A stretch of DNA of 40,898 bases from the NCBI GenBank assembly GCA_964606125.1, contig CAZSFJ010000003.1:1-40898 (forward strand), read 5' to 3'. Within the stretch, counting starts at the first letter, position 1. Each line of letters opens with the position of its first letter. Below the pieces are notes generated by a model. The model had not been told where the DNA came from, did not search any database, and worked only from the letters and a program-made list of their open reading frames with translations. Below are positions 1-9,383 of this stretch, piece by piece. A program made the position numbers and the translations under genes. The stretch is from an uncultured Dehalococcoidaceae bacterium. GTDB lineage: Bacteria; Chloroflexota; Dehalococcoidia; UBA2979.

Positions 1-122
1 GCCCAAGAGAACACAAGACCGAATAATGTGAAGATTACAAGTGTGACAACGGCCTCAATGGCTTCATACCAAGTGAAATAGTCCCAAGAGAAATAGGATG
101 CTTCGCCGAAAAATAGTTCCAT
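1..122 (-). CDS. 5' part of a probable membrane protein running off the left edge
   Basis: Manual translation from ATG at 122 gives MELFFGEASYFSWDYFTWYEAIEAVVTLVIFTLFGLVFSW, open to the window edge, with a hydrophobic helix. Divergent from the ORF at 195. Confidence 0.5.
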   Translation of the reverse strand, partial: MELFFGEASYFSWDYFTWYEAIEAVVTLVIFTLFGLVFSW

Positions 123-194
123 AAGGAAATCATAGTGCGCTGACTCATGTTGGTACAGTTAATTACCGGTTCGTTTATGAGCTAGAATCTCCTC

Positions 195-1208
195 GTGAAC
201 AAATCAGATAAATATGGCGTTGATCAAGGGAAATCGATTTTTTCAAGTCCAAGATTATCACCATCGGGATATGTTGTTGAATCTTGGAAAATTCTCTTCC
301 GAAATCGCAAATTACTGCTAGTATTTCCTTTTTTTGCAATATGCCTCGGTGTGTTCGGAATTATCGGTAGCTCGTTCATACTGGCCTTTGCTGGTGTTTC
401 AGAAACTCAGCAAGAGATCACATGTGGTTCTCTAGTCTCCGTATTGGTGTTTTTGATGATTCTAGGTCTTCTGACTTGGAATTTTTCAGCACTCTTTTTG
501 TCTAGTGCAGTGTATGAACTACATAAATCAGAAATGCTCTCGATTCGTTCTGTACTCAGATCATCTTTTTCAAGATTTCACCTCATCTCTATGTATTCAC
601 TAATATTTACGACTGTTCTGATTGGTATTGCATGGGGCACAGCGCATAACTCTTGGGATCAGCTCGGCGAATATTGTAGTAGTGCCTCAGATTGGGCTAA
701 TTCTGATGAATTTCCTTCCCTAGATGGTCTAGATGTAGCCTCAGGCGGACATTGGGCAGTTGTGGCTCGTATATTCAATCTCTTCGATCCAATGCGGAGC
801 AGTTATCTGCTGTTAGTCGGAGAAATGACTCTTCTACTCTGGAGTTATTTGAATTTCTATGTGGTTCCTTTGATTGCTATGGGTGTACCCGCGCTGAAGA
901 TTTGTTGGGAAACGGGAACATCTGTGAGAAGATCTCTGCGTCATGTCGTATTTTGGCTTTTCAGTGTGGAATTCATTCAATTCTTGATCCTTCTGCCAAT
1001 TATTGGATCATTAGGGATTTTCGGGGTAGTTTTTGCCATTTGTTTATATGTATGGATCATCTCGCCTATGAATAGCGTCTATAGAACACTTGTATATGTG
1101 TCTCTGACTAATAGAGAGCAGTTGGCGTCCAATCTTGCAGATAAATCCGCTACGCCTGAAAGCCTTGAAGAAAACGGTGACATATACGATCCAATTAACT
1201 CCCTTTAG
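195..1208 (+). CDS. Multi-pass membrane hypothetical protein
   Basis: 337-aa ORF with about 6 hydrophobic segments and no recognisable catalytic motif; GTG start uncertain. Confidence 0.7.
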   Translation: MNKSDKYGVDQGKSIFSSPRLSPSGYVVESWKILFRNRKLLLVFPFFAICLGVFGIIGSSFILAFAGVSETQQEITCGSLVSVLVFLMILGLLTWNFSALFLSSAVYELHKSEMLSIRSVLRSSFSRFHLISMYSLIFTTVLIGIAWGTAHNSWDQLGEYCSSASDWANSDEFPSLDGLDVASGGHWAVVARIFNLFDPMRSSYLLLVGEMTLLLWSYLNFYVVPLIAMGVPALKICWETGTSVRRSLRHVVFWLFSVEFIQFLILLPIIGSLGIFGVVFAICLYVWIISPMNSVYRTLVYVSLTNREQLASNLADKSATPESLEENGDIYDPINSL

Positions 1209-1219
1209 AACTTAGTAAT

Positions 1220-1843
1220 TCAAACCAGTCCTGAGGATTCCAAATCTGCCGGTGTGTCAATATCCCTGAAAGACATCCGATCAGGGTCGGTAACTGTCCA
1301 CTGTTCCTCATCCAAAACAATGGCATTGAGGGATTCAATCAACTGGCCAGGTGCTCGTACGGAATTCCGAATAGCTTCCTGAATGATCGGAAGTGATTTC
1401 GAAGAGATAGCAGAGCAGAGTGGTTGTATATGATCGGACTTTGGAAGCACCCATAATGGTAAAGATTCCTGGGCAAATGGATTATTTTCTTCGAGCACGT
1501 CAGCTAGTTTGTTAAGAAGCGTTGGTTGTACCAAGGGCATATCAGCCCCCACGACGAGATTAGTGGTGGAGGTACTTTGAATAAGTGCGCTAGCAATTCC
1601 TATCAGGGGGCCTTCGCCTTGAACGACGTCAACAGCCGTTTTGAGAGATATTTCGCACTGGATATCGGTCGGTAATATTTGGTTTTTAGCGTGAGAGATA
1701 ATTAACTCAGAGAGGTCCGCTGCCTCACAGACGCGAGCGATTACCCGAGAGAGCAGGCTCCTGCCATTTACTGTGAGACTTGCCTTATCTCGGCCCATCC
1801 GACGGGATTGTCCGCCAGCAAGTATGATTCCAGTACGTGGCAT
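1220..1843 (-). CDS. mobA: Molybdenum cofactor guanylyltransferase
   Basis: ILAGGQSRRMGRDKA, GPLIGI, DMP, QPL and DIDTPADL motifs typical of MobA. Confidence 0.9.
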   Translation of the reverse strand: MPRTGIILAGGQSRRMGRDKASLTVNGRSLLSRVIARVCEAADLSELIISHAKNQILPTDIQCEISLKTAVDVVQGEGPLIGIASALIQSTSTTNLVVGADMPLVQPTLLNKLADVLEENNPFAQESLPLWVLPKSDHIQPLCSAISSKSLPIIQEAIRNSVRAPGQLIESLNAIVLDEEQWTVTDPDRMSFRDIDTPADLESSGLV

Positions 1844-1893
1844 CGCAAAATCTTTCCCCGACAGTTACAGGATAGCGAGAAAACAGTTTGGAT

Positions 1894-2688
1894 ATGGATA
1901 ATCGTACTTACACTATGTTGGGCATTCAGCCTGCATTAGAGGACACGCCTATTGTTTCTGTGGTTGGAGCTGGCGGGAAGACAACCTTGATTTTCCAAAT
2001 TGCTGATGAAATTAGTGCCGATGCTCATGGCGATGTGATCATTTGTGGTACGACGAGGTTTACACGCAAAAATCATAATTACTCCGTTATAAGTTATGCG
2101 GACCGGATGGATTCCAGAACATCTCCCGTGGTTGTCTCAGGAGTAACGAATAGGACTGTCGTCTTAAGCGGGACACTACCGGCAGACTCGAAAGGACGTT
2201 ATTCGTCAATAAATGACGATCAGATAGCTAAATTGGCTACTGACCCATCAGTGGCAGCCGTCATTGTGAATGCGGATGGGTCACGTATGAAGCCATTCAA
2301 GGCACCGAAACCTGGTGAACCAGTTTTAGCATCAGGCACAAGTCATGTTCTTGGGCTAATTGGAGCGGATTCTCTGGGCATTCGTATCGATTCTGATAAG
2401 GTGCATCGACCCGAAGAGGTTAGAAAATTCGCTGAGTTGGTTGGTTTGGACGAATTGGAGCTCCTTGATCAACATGCCATCGCCGAAATTTTTTATGCTG
2501 CCTACCGGACATCTTTGAATGACAAATCGATAAAATTTGCGGTTGCAGTGCATAAAGCGGACTATGCCGATGCAGCCAGTAAAATACTATCGTCACTGGA
2601 TGCTATTCGAACTCGGACAGGTGATAAATTTCCGATAGTCCTGACCAGTTTGGTGGGCGGAGAGTTCCGAGCGCTGCCATTGGAATAA
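1894..2688 (+). CDS. yqeC: Selenium-dependent molybdenum hydroxylase accessory protein YqeC
   Basis: VSVVGAGGKTTL, GTTR, ADGSRMKPFKAPKPGEPV and VHRPE match YqeC signatures. ATG at 1894 chosen over TTG at 1888. Confidence 0.8.
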   Translation: MDNRTYTMLGIQPALEDTPIVSVVGAGGKTTLIFQIADEISADAHGDVIICGTTRFTRKNHNYSVISYADRMDSRTSPVVVSGVTNRTVVLSGTLPADSKGRYSSINDDQIAKLATDPSVAAVIVNADGSRMKPFKAPKPGEPVLASGTSHVLGLIGADSLGIRIDSDKVHRPEEVRKFAELVGLDELELLDQHAIAEIFYAAYRTSLNDKSIKFAVAVHKADYADAASKILSSLDAIRTRTGDKFPIVLTSLVGGEFRALPLE

Positions 2689-2805
2689 AGCAATCTTCAG
2701 ACATTTTGGTAATTATTTGATACAGTTTTGTCCAGTGACAATGAATATGCACATACCAATTACCCAGGTGGACACTAGCAGTTCTTGCGAGGAGGTTAGC
2801 CACTA

Positions 2806-4095
2806 ATGCTGGTTGAATTACTCGCTCTCGTTGCCTTACTCGTATTCTCAGCTTTTTTTTCATCATCTGAGACAGCTTTTTTATCAATGTCTCGTCCACG
2901 ATTGGACTACCTTGCTGATGATGGACCTGAGTCGCAGCGGCCACTAGCGAGACGTATTCAGAAACTATTATTACGACCGAAGCGATTATTGAACGGCATT
3001 CTGGTAGGTAACAATTTAGTGAATACCGCACTTGCAGTTACCGCAGGTGCTTTGTCTACATCAGTGTTTGGACTAAGTGACGGTACGGGTGTTCTTATTG
3101 CGACTGCGGTGGTCACGATTGCCTTAGTACTGTTCGGAGAAGTCCTACCGAAGGGCTTTGCCTTGAATAAGCCTTTTGTTTTGGCTCGAATTACTGCTCC
3201 ACTTCTCGGTATTTGGTTGTGGGTGGTCAGTCCGATTTCGTATTTACTGGAACGACTTTCCGACGCATTGTTTTACAGGACTCCAGTGGACGGTAACGGA
3301 TCGGGAGTCGAGAGTGCCCTATCTACTGATGAGATAAGGGCAGCTATCATTACGGGCGTCGACGCAGGCGAAATTCAATCTGAACAAGCTAATCCACTAT
3401 TAGGCGTACTTACGCTTCATGATTTGCAAGCACGTGAGATTATGGTCCCTCGTGTGGAAATGGTGGCGATTCAAAACTCGTCCACTATACGCGAAGCGTC
3501 GAAGATTCTTTCTGAACATGGATTCCTACGATTACCAGCTTATGGTGAAGATATTGATCAGATTACGCATGTCCTTCATCTGTCCGATATCAACGCGGCT
3601 CTTCAGTTGTCTGATAGCGCTTTTGATCTGCAAGTGAAAGAAATAGCCCGCCCGGCTGTGTTTGAGAGCGAAACCGCTACTGTCGAAAGGGTGATCGAGG
3701 TGATGCGGGAAACCCACACTCACATGGTACTTCTGTCCGACGAATCTGGAGCTCCAGCAGGGCTGGTCACTTTAGAGGACATCATTGAGGAAATTCTTGG
3801 GTCATTAGTCTCGGAGTCGGGTACCGAGCCGGGTGTGTTAGGAATTCAGCATACGGAAGTCATTGATTTTCCTATGGAAGTAGACGGTCGCACACTACTG
3901 GTGGATCTTTCGAAACAATTGGGAGTGGACCTAACCAATGTTCCAGCAAGCACAGTTGGCGGACTTATTCTTGAAGATTCCAAGCGATTTCTTGAAGAAG
4001 GTGAATTCATGGAATACCACGGACTTAGATTCACAGTAGTCGAAAGGGATCGTCGACGATTGTCTAGAATTTCTATCAGCAGGCCGCATATATAG
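2806..4095 (+). CDS. Hemolysin/CNNM family protein (DUF21-CBS-CorC), probable Mg/Co transport
   Basis: SAFFSSSETAF, ILVGNNLVN, LFGEVLPK, EIMVPR and GLVTLEDIIEEI motifs; strong RBS GAGGAGG upstream. Confidence 0.92.
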   Translation: MLVELLALVALLVFSAFFSSSETAFLSMSRPRLDYLADDGPESQRPLARRIQKLLLRPKRLLNGILVGNNLVNTALAVTAGALSTSVFGLSDGTGVLIATAVVTIALVLFGEVLPKGFALNKPFVLARITAPLLGIWLWVVSPISYLLERLSDALFYRTPVDGNGSGVESALSTDEIRAAIITGVDAGEIQSEQANPLLGVLTLHDLQAREIMVPRVEMVAIQNSSTIREASKILSEHGFLRLPAYGEDIDQITHVLHLSDINAALQLSDSAFDLQVKEIARPAVFESETATVERVIEVMRETHTHMVLLSDESGAPAGLVTLEDIIEEILGSLVSESGTEPGVLGIQHTEVIDFPMEVDGRTLLVDLSKQLGVDLTNVPASTVGGLILEDSKRFLEEGEFMEYHGLRFTVVERDRRRLSRISISRPHI

Positions 4096-4116
4096 GAAGA
4101 GTCTTGAGATCGGTTA

Positions 4117-4701
4117 ATGGTGCAAATGGATTTCTGGTCTTCGAATATTTGGTCACCGCTCGGTGTTATAGTGATCACCGGAAGCGGACTCGAGATAGCA
4201 GAAATTAATTTCGCTGACCCAAATGCAGCGTTCGGAAAATTTTCTCGAGATTCCAGACAATACGCAAAACAGATACTGAAACTTCGCCAGAAACTCGACA
4301 CTGTTCCGATTATCAGCAACTGTGACAATCGAGACGAACGTGGAATTCAGGACCTAGTTGGGGAGGTCCGACAACAACTGGCTGATTATTTTCTCGGTGA
4401 GCTCAGAAATTTTTCTCTACCCCTAATAACCTGCAGAGGAACGGCGTTGCAACGCGACGTATGGGACGTTTTGCCTGAAGTCGATTTTGCCCGCACTATC
4501 ACTTACAAAGCTGTTGCTGCGCGAGTAGGTCGTCCCAAAAGCTACCGTCCAATTGGCCAAGCTATTGGACGGAATCCTCACTCCATCGTGGTGCCGTGCC
4601 ACCGTATTATCGGCTCGGATGGTGGATTGACAGGCTATGGGGGAGGCATAACTCGAAAGTCCTGGCTGCTGGACTTTGAAATGGCTTTCATACCGGAGTA
4701 A
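4117..4701 (+). CDS. ogt: Methylated-DNA--protein-cysteine methyltransferase
   Basis: Active-site VPCHRII, GRNP and LTGYGGG motifs; N-terminal SPLG. Confidence 0.9.
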   Translation: MVQMDFWSSNIWSPLGVIVITGSGLEIAEINFADPNAAFGKFSRDSRQYAKQILKLRQKLDTVPIISNCDNRDERGIQDLVGEVRQQLADYFLGELRNFSLPLITCRGTALQRDVWDVLPEVDFARTITYKAVAARVGRPKSYRPIGQAIGRNPHSIVVPCHRIIGSDGGLTGYGGGITRKSWLLDFEMAFIPE

Positions 4702-4708
4702 ATATGTC

Positions 4709-4717
4709 TGTTATAGT
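4709..4717 (+). promoter_or_regulatory. Putative extended -10 promoter for the SDR gene
   Basis: TGtTATAGT (TGn + -10-like hexamer) about 35 nt upstream of the ATG at 4751; RBS AAAGGAGG at 4739-4746. Confidence 0.45.
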
Positions 4718-4750
4718 TTCTCGGTCACATACGATTTAAAAGGAGGACAT

Positions 4751-5536
4751 ATGGCTAGTCTTGAAGGTCGAACTGCGTTGGTAGCAGGAGCAAGTCGAGG
4801 AATAGGCGAGTACATGGCCAAATACCTGGCCAATGCTGGGGCGAAAGTGGCGGTCGCGGCACGAACAACGGAAGTTACGGACAAGCGTCTACCTGGGACG
4901 ATACATACGGTTAGTGACTCTATTAACGAGCAGGGCGGCACGGCTATACCGGTAGTTATGAATATGAGAGATCCTGAGAGCATAGCCGCGGGGGTCAGTG
5001 AAACAGTTGAACAATTTGGTGGTTTGGACATTGTTGTGAACAATGCCGCTATCCTAGTTCCCGGGTCTCTAGAGTCCGTTTTGGATCGACACATTGACCT
5101 TATCTGGCAAGTTGATTTGCGAGGACCCCTTCTTCTAATGAAACATGCGCTACCGCATTTGCAAAAAGCTGGTGGAGGAGACTTTATCAATGTTTCATCT
5201 ATAGCAGCAGTATTTCCAGGCCCCGGTCCCTACGAAAATGTTACCCGCGGTGACGGGGCATTTTACGGTATGGTAAAAGCTGGCCTCGAGCGTGCTTCGC
5301 AGGGTTTAGCTCGTGAGTTGCAGTCGGAGAACATAAAGGTAAACGTGTTATCACCTCAAGGGAGAATAAAGACTCCTGGTAATATTTGGGCAGATAACGA
5401 TCCTGACAACCCATCGCTTGAATTTGAGGCGGCGGATGACATGGGTAAAGCGACAGTCTGGGTATGTGAGCAATCGATTGAGTTCACAGGCAATATTTTG
5501 TACGACCAAGATCTCTGTGAAGAAAAAGGCCTCTAA
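4751..5536 (+). CDS. Short-chain dehydrogenase/reductase
   Basis: AGASRGIG, NNAA, SS and YGMVK (YxxxK) motifs. Start moved to the ATG at 4751 after AGGAGG. Confidence 0.9.
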   Translation: MASLEGRTALVAGASRGIGEYMAKYLANAGAKVAVAARTTEVTDKRLPGTIHTVSDSINEQGGTAIPVVMNMRDPESIAAGVSETVEQFGGLDIVVNNAAILVPGSLESVLDRHIDLIWQVDLRGPLLLMKHALPHLQKAGGGDFINVSSIAAVFPGPGPYENVTRGDGAFYGMVKAGLERASQGLARELQSENIKVNVLSPQGRIKTPGNIWADNDPDNPSLEFEAADDMGKATVWVCEQSIEFTGNILYDQDLCEEKGL

Positions 5537-5549
5537 AGGCCTTTTTCTT
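5520..5549. terminator. Bidirectional intrinsic terminator overlapping two convergent stop codons
   Basis: Perfect 13-bp inverted repeat AAGAAAAAGGCCT-ctaa-AGGCCTTTTTCTT, giving a short GC stem followed by a T run on each strand. Confidence 0.7.
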
Positions 5550-7089
5550 TTAAGAGCTGATCGACGAGAAGCGAGCGTTGTAGTTTGCCGTTGCGAGTGC
5601 GTGGAAGTTCCGAAACTTGAACGAAGTCATGAGGTTGCTTGTAGGCCGCTAAGTTATCGGAACAGTAGGACTTTAGTTCCTCAAAATCCATTTCTTCATT
5701 GATTTCAGGGATAATACAGGCCACTACTAGATTTTTTTGACTATCGATAGGTAGGCCTATGACCGCAACCTCGTTTACGGCGTGATGCTTCGAGATCGTA
5801 TGCTCTATCTCTGCGGGCGATAGACGAAATCCAAAAGACTTGATGATGTCGTCTGCCCGTCCTTTGAACCAGATGTATCCATCCTTGTCCATAATTGCTA
5901 AGTCTCCACCCGTAAACCAGTCTCCCCTGTAGACATGCGTTTCTTCTTCGGGCCTCTCCCAATAGCCGAGCATCAATCCGGGGTCAGTTCTATGAACAGC
6001 AAGTAGGCCAAGCTCACCAGGCGGTAGCGGCTCCGCTGAGTCAGAGTCCGCATCGAGAATCGCTACAGTGCGCCCAGCTTGAGGTTTTCCCGGTGACCCT
6101 TGGACGATGGGTACCGTAGGTCCGTTAGATATGTAAGTGCTGATTTCTGTCATTCCCAATGACTCGTACATGGGAGCACCCACTTGCGAAGTCCACTCAT
6201 CTCGAAGGGCTGGGCTAAGTGGTTCGCCAGCGCATAGTACGTGACGAAGTTCACGTAGGTTGTGTTGGGAGGGATCTGAGTACTTCAGAATTTGTCGATA
6301 TACGGTTGGCACCGCGGCGAATATCGTCACTCGATATTGCTCGATAATGGGGAGCCACTTTTCTGGATTAGGTTCCCCTCCGCAGAGAATAGCCGTTGCA
6401 CCCCATCTCCAGGCATCCATGAGTCCAACGCCGAGCGTATAGGTCCAGTTGATTGTTCCGGCATGAAGTGTTGTGTCAGTGGGTTTGAAGTCCAGCCAAC
6501 CATGTCGTATGAATTCTCGCCCTAAAACCGTTCTTTGGGCATGAACCACCCCCTTTGGTGTCGAGGTGGTTCCGGATGTATACACAAAAAATGCAGGATC
6601 ATTAGACCGAGTTTGCGGTAGGGGGACATCAGGAGAATTCTTGAGTAAGTCAGCGACTGAAATTAGTTTCATTTCTTGTGCTGTGTCAGGATCGTGATCA
6701 GGAGCTTTGTTGACGATCATCGCAGAAGCACCGCAGTCGGATGCAATTTGAGAGACTTCGTGGTCGGTGAGCTGTGGTGAGAGAGGTATCGGAGCTAAGC
6801 CTGCCGCTACTGCGCCAAAGAAAGCAAAGGCATGATTAGGTTCGTGTTGTAGTCGAACTAAGATCCGTTCACCCGGTTGATACCCCATATTTACGAGAGA
6901 TTTGCCGATCGTTACTATCAAGTTCCACAACTCGGCATATGTCCATTTTTCCTCTGAACCATCGACATTAACGAAGATAAAAGCAGTCCTATCCTTCTCA
7001 GTATCGTCATCTGCCCATCGTTTAATACAGTACTCGGAGAGATTAAGGATTTGATCTTGGGTGCGATATTCGTTCTTGGGAAGTGTCAT
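5533..7089 (-). CDS. Acyl-CoA synthetase / AMP-binding enzyme (acetate/benzoate-CoA ligase-like)
   Basis: YTSGTTSTPKG, YESLGMTE, TGGD, GRADD and LPRTRNGK motifs. Confidence 0.92.
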   Translation of the reverse strand: MTLPKNEYRTQDQILNLSEYCIKRWADDDTEKDRTAFIFVNVDGSEEKWTYAELWNLIVTIGKSLVNMGYQPGERILVRLQHEPNHAFAFFGAVAAGLAPIPLSPQLTDHEVSQIASDCGASAMIVNKAPDHDPDTAQEMKLISVADLLKNSPDVPLPQTRSNDPAFFVYTSGTTSTPKGVVHAQRTVLGREFIRHGWLDFKPTDTTLHAGTINWTYTLGVGLMDAWRWGATAILCGGEPNPEKWLPIIEQYRVTIFAAVPTVYRQILKYSDPSQHNLRELRHVLCAGEPLSPALRDEWTSQVGAPMYESLGMTEISTYISNGPTVPIVQGSPGKPQAGRTVAILDADSDSAEPLPPGELGLLAVHRTDPGLMLGYWERPEEETHVYRGDWFTGGDLAIMDKDGYIWFKGRADDIIKSFGFRLSPAEIEHTISKHHAVNEVAVIGLPIDSQKNLVVACIIPEINEEMDFEELKSYCSDNLAAYKQPHDFVQVSELPRTRNGKLQRSLLVDQLLKEKGL

Positions 7090-7163
7090 ATGCGTTACCT
7101 TATAGCCATGTAAATGCGGATGATTTTGTTTTTCGCATGAAGATCCTAGGTTGGGAGTTTGTT

Positions 7164-7961
7164 ATGCGTTACGACGATTTCGAAGATATACGAGTCACGA
7201 TAAGTGACAAGGTTGCCGAATGGCAAATTATCAGGCCTGAAAAATTAAACGCCATGCGTACAAAAACGTTCTGGGAAATTATGGAATTAGGACGTCGACT
7301 GAACGCGGATGAATCCGTGCGAGCTGTTGTAGGTACGCATGAAGGTAGGGGATTCTCTGCCGGTGCGGATTTGACATCTGATGATCCAGGTGAGGAGTCT
7401 TCATCCAATCCGCGACCTAGTGCGAATGATTCGATGGGAGTCAGTGGAGTTGGAATGGCTATGGCGTTAATTGATAAACCTACTATCGCCGCGATCGACG
7501 GTGTTTGCGCCGGCGGTGGTATGTCTCTCGCGTTATCTTTTGACATTCGGTACGTGGGACCGCAAGCAAAATTCTTGACAGTGTTCACTCGACGCGCTTT
7601 AGGGCCTGACTGCGGTCTGACTTATCACTTGCCACGTCTGGTAGGACAGGGAAGAGCTTTAGAACTCATGTATACAAGTAGGGAAGTCGATGCTGAGGAA
7701 GCTGTCCGTATTGGGTTGGCGAATACATTGGTTGATGATCCGAGATCCCATGCGCTGGAGATTGCTCGTGAACTTGCGGACGGGCCTCCTCTGTCACTCA
7801 TGTGGGAGAAGCGAGAAGTAATGAACACCTGGGAGGCATCCCTCCAGGAACAAATCGAATATGAGTGGATGGCGCAGCGACAAATCAGCCAAAGTGAAGA
7901 TGTGAAAGAGGGCAGCCGCGCCTTTGTGGAGAAGCGCAAAGCAAATTTCACTGGTCGATAG
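7164..7961 (+). CDS. Enoyl-CoA hydratase/isomerase (PaaG-like crotonase)
   Basis: FSAGADL, AAIDGVCAGGG and LGPDCG motifs; C-terminal EGSRAFVEKR. Start at ATG 7164 after GGGAG. Confidence 0.9.
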   Translation: MRYDDFEDIRVTISDKVAEWQIIRPEKLNAMRTKTFWEIMELGRRLNADESVRAVVGTHEGRGFSAGADLTSDDPGEESSSNPRPSANDSMGVSGVGMAMALIDKPTIAAIDGVCAGGGMSLALSFDIRYVGPQAKFLTVFTRRALGPDCGLTYHLPRLVGQGRALELMYTSREVDAEEAVRIGLANTLVDDPRSHALEIARELADGPPLSLMWEKREVMNTWEASLQEQIEYEWMAQRQISQSEDVKEGSRAFVEKRKANFTGR

Positions 7962-7987
7962 TAAGCGCTGACGTTACCTTTCCAGTA

Positions 7988-8758
7988 ATGAAAGTAAAGT
8001 CGCTGCTGGTAGGAATTGTCGGAGGTGCCGCCTCCGGACTCACTGGTATCGGAGGTGGGACTGTGATGGTTCCACTTCTGACTGGTCTCCTCCAGATGCC
8101 TCAGAGAAATGCGCATGGCACATCACTGGCCATCGTCATATTCGTTGGTATTGCGGCTGTCATCCCATATGTAGCAGAGAGTCAGATACAGTGGCCTCTT
8201 GTATTTGCTCTTGGCATCGGAGCTATTGTGGGAGCACAAATCGGAACTAGGACGATGCACAACTTACCAGACACCTGGCTAAGACTTATTTTCGCGTCGT
8301 TTCTGTTCATTGTTGGTCTCCGTATGATTTTTTTGGAAAGTCCGGATGTATCTCAGGAAGCACTGTCTGATATTTTTAGCCTTGAAGCAGGCCTAGCATT
8401 TGCAATCGGTTTTGTTGGAGGTGCGTTTGGTGGACTTCTAGGAATTGGAGGCGGTACATTGTTCGTTCCGGCCTTAGTTTTACTTGTCTCCGTTCCTCAG
8501 CACACGGCCCAAGGTATATCGTTAGTAGTCGTAGTCCTTACAGCATTGTCCGGAACATTTACTAATGTCAGAGCTGGGTTCGTCGATAAAAACACAGTCA
8601 TATGGGTGGCACCAGCCGCTGTCGTCTTGGGTTTTTGTGCTGGGATTCTCGCCCAGGATTTGCAAGCAGAATATCTGACGAGATTGTTTGGGCTGGTAGT
8701 GGTTTATGTTGGCGGACGTACGGTTCTGAAAACATGGTCACAGCTAAGAGAGCTATAA
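7988..8758 (+). CDS. Sulfite exporter TauE/SafE family membrane protein
   Basis: Two internal repeats GL(T/L)GIGGG...VP...A(H/Q)G(T/I)SL; about 8 TM helices. Confidence 0.9.
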   Translation: MKVKSLLVGIVGGAASGLTGIGGGTVMVPLLTGLLQMPQRNAHGTSLAIVIFVGIAAVIPYVAESQIQWPLVFALGIGAIVGAQIGTRTMHNLPDTWLRLIFASFLFIVGLRMIFLESPDVSQEALSDIFSLEAGLAFAIGFVGGAFGGLLGIGGGTLFVPALVLLVSVPQHTAQGISLVVVVLTALSGTFTNVRAGFVDKNTVIWVAPAAVVLGFCAGILAQDLQAEYLTRLFGLVVVYVGGRTVLKTWSQLREL

Positions 8759-8796
8759 GGAAGATATTAGTGCCTCGAGTAGATTGTTAGGGCACT

Positions 8797-9366
8797 ATGC
8801 TAATTTCCGTAATATCAGACACACATTTGCCCTCGATTTTTCGTAGTCCTGATGGTTTAGGCCCTGAACTGGGAGAATTCCTCAGCCAGACAGATCTGAT
8901 AATCCACGCGGGTGACGTGGTACGACCTTCGATTTTAGACTGGTGCGAACAATTCGCCCCAGTGAGGTGTGCGAAAGGCAATAATGATGAATTTGATGAT
9001 CCACGAGCTGAAGACAAGCTGCTTTTGGAATTGTTAGGTTGGCGAATCGGTGTGGTTCACGAACTTCGGCCGGAAGACCGACCGATGTCGGAGCTAATAT
9101 TTCAGGCGTTCCCTGAGGAGTCAGTCGATTCACTGGACGTACTAATCTCAGGTGATACTCACGTTCCAAGACTCGAATATCGAGATAAGGTGCTTTTTGT
9201 GAACTCTGGTTCTCCCACGTTGCCATATCATCTTGAATGGCGTCATGGATCTGCGGCGCTACTCAATCTGACTTCGGACGGAATAGTGGCTGAAATTGTG
9301 AGCCTGGGCGAGACACCGCATCGTCCTAATCCAATTGAAACATCTTCATTAGTAATACATCGGTGA
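8797..9366 (+). CDS. YfcE/MJ0936-family metallophosphoesterase
   Basis: ISDTH, HAGD, GNND, VVH, GDTH and NSGS motifs. Confidence 0.88.
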   Translation: MLISVISDTHLPSIFRSPDGLGPELGEFLSQTDLIIHAGDVVRPSILDWCEQFAPVRCAKGNNDEFDDPRAEDKLLLELLGWRIGVVHELRPEDRPMSELIFQAFPEESVDSLDVLISGDTHVPRLEYRDKVLFVNSGSPTLPYHLEWRHGSAALLNLTSDGIVAEIVSLGETPHRPNPIETSSLVIHR

Positions 9367-9383
9367 TCCTGTACACTTTTTAC

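Noticed and set aside
2689-2805. Metal-sensing riboswitch upstream of the CNNM gene
   Set aside because: Only short AT-rich pairings (GGTAATT/AATTACC, TTGTC/GACAA) are present, with no recognisable M-box or yybP-ykoY consensus. A covariance search would be needed.
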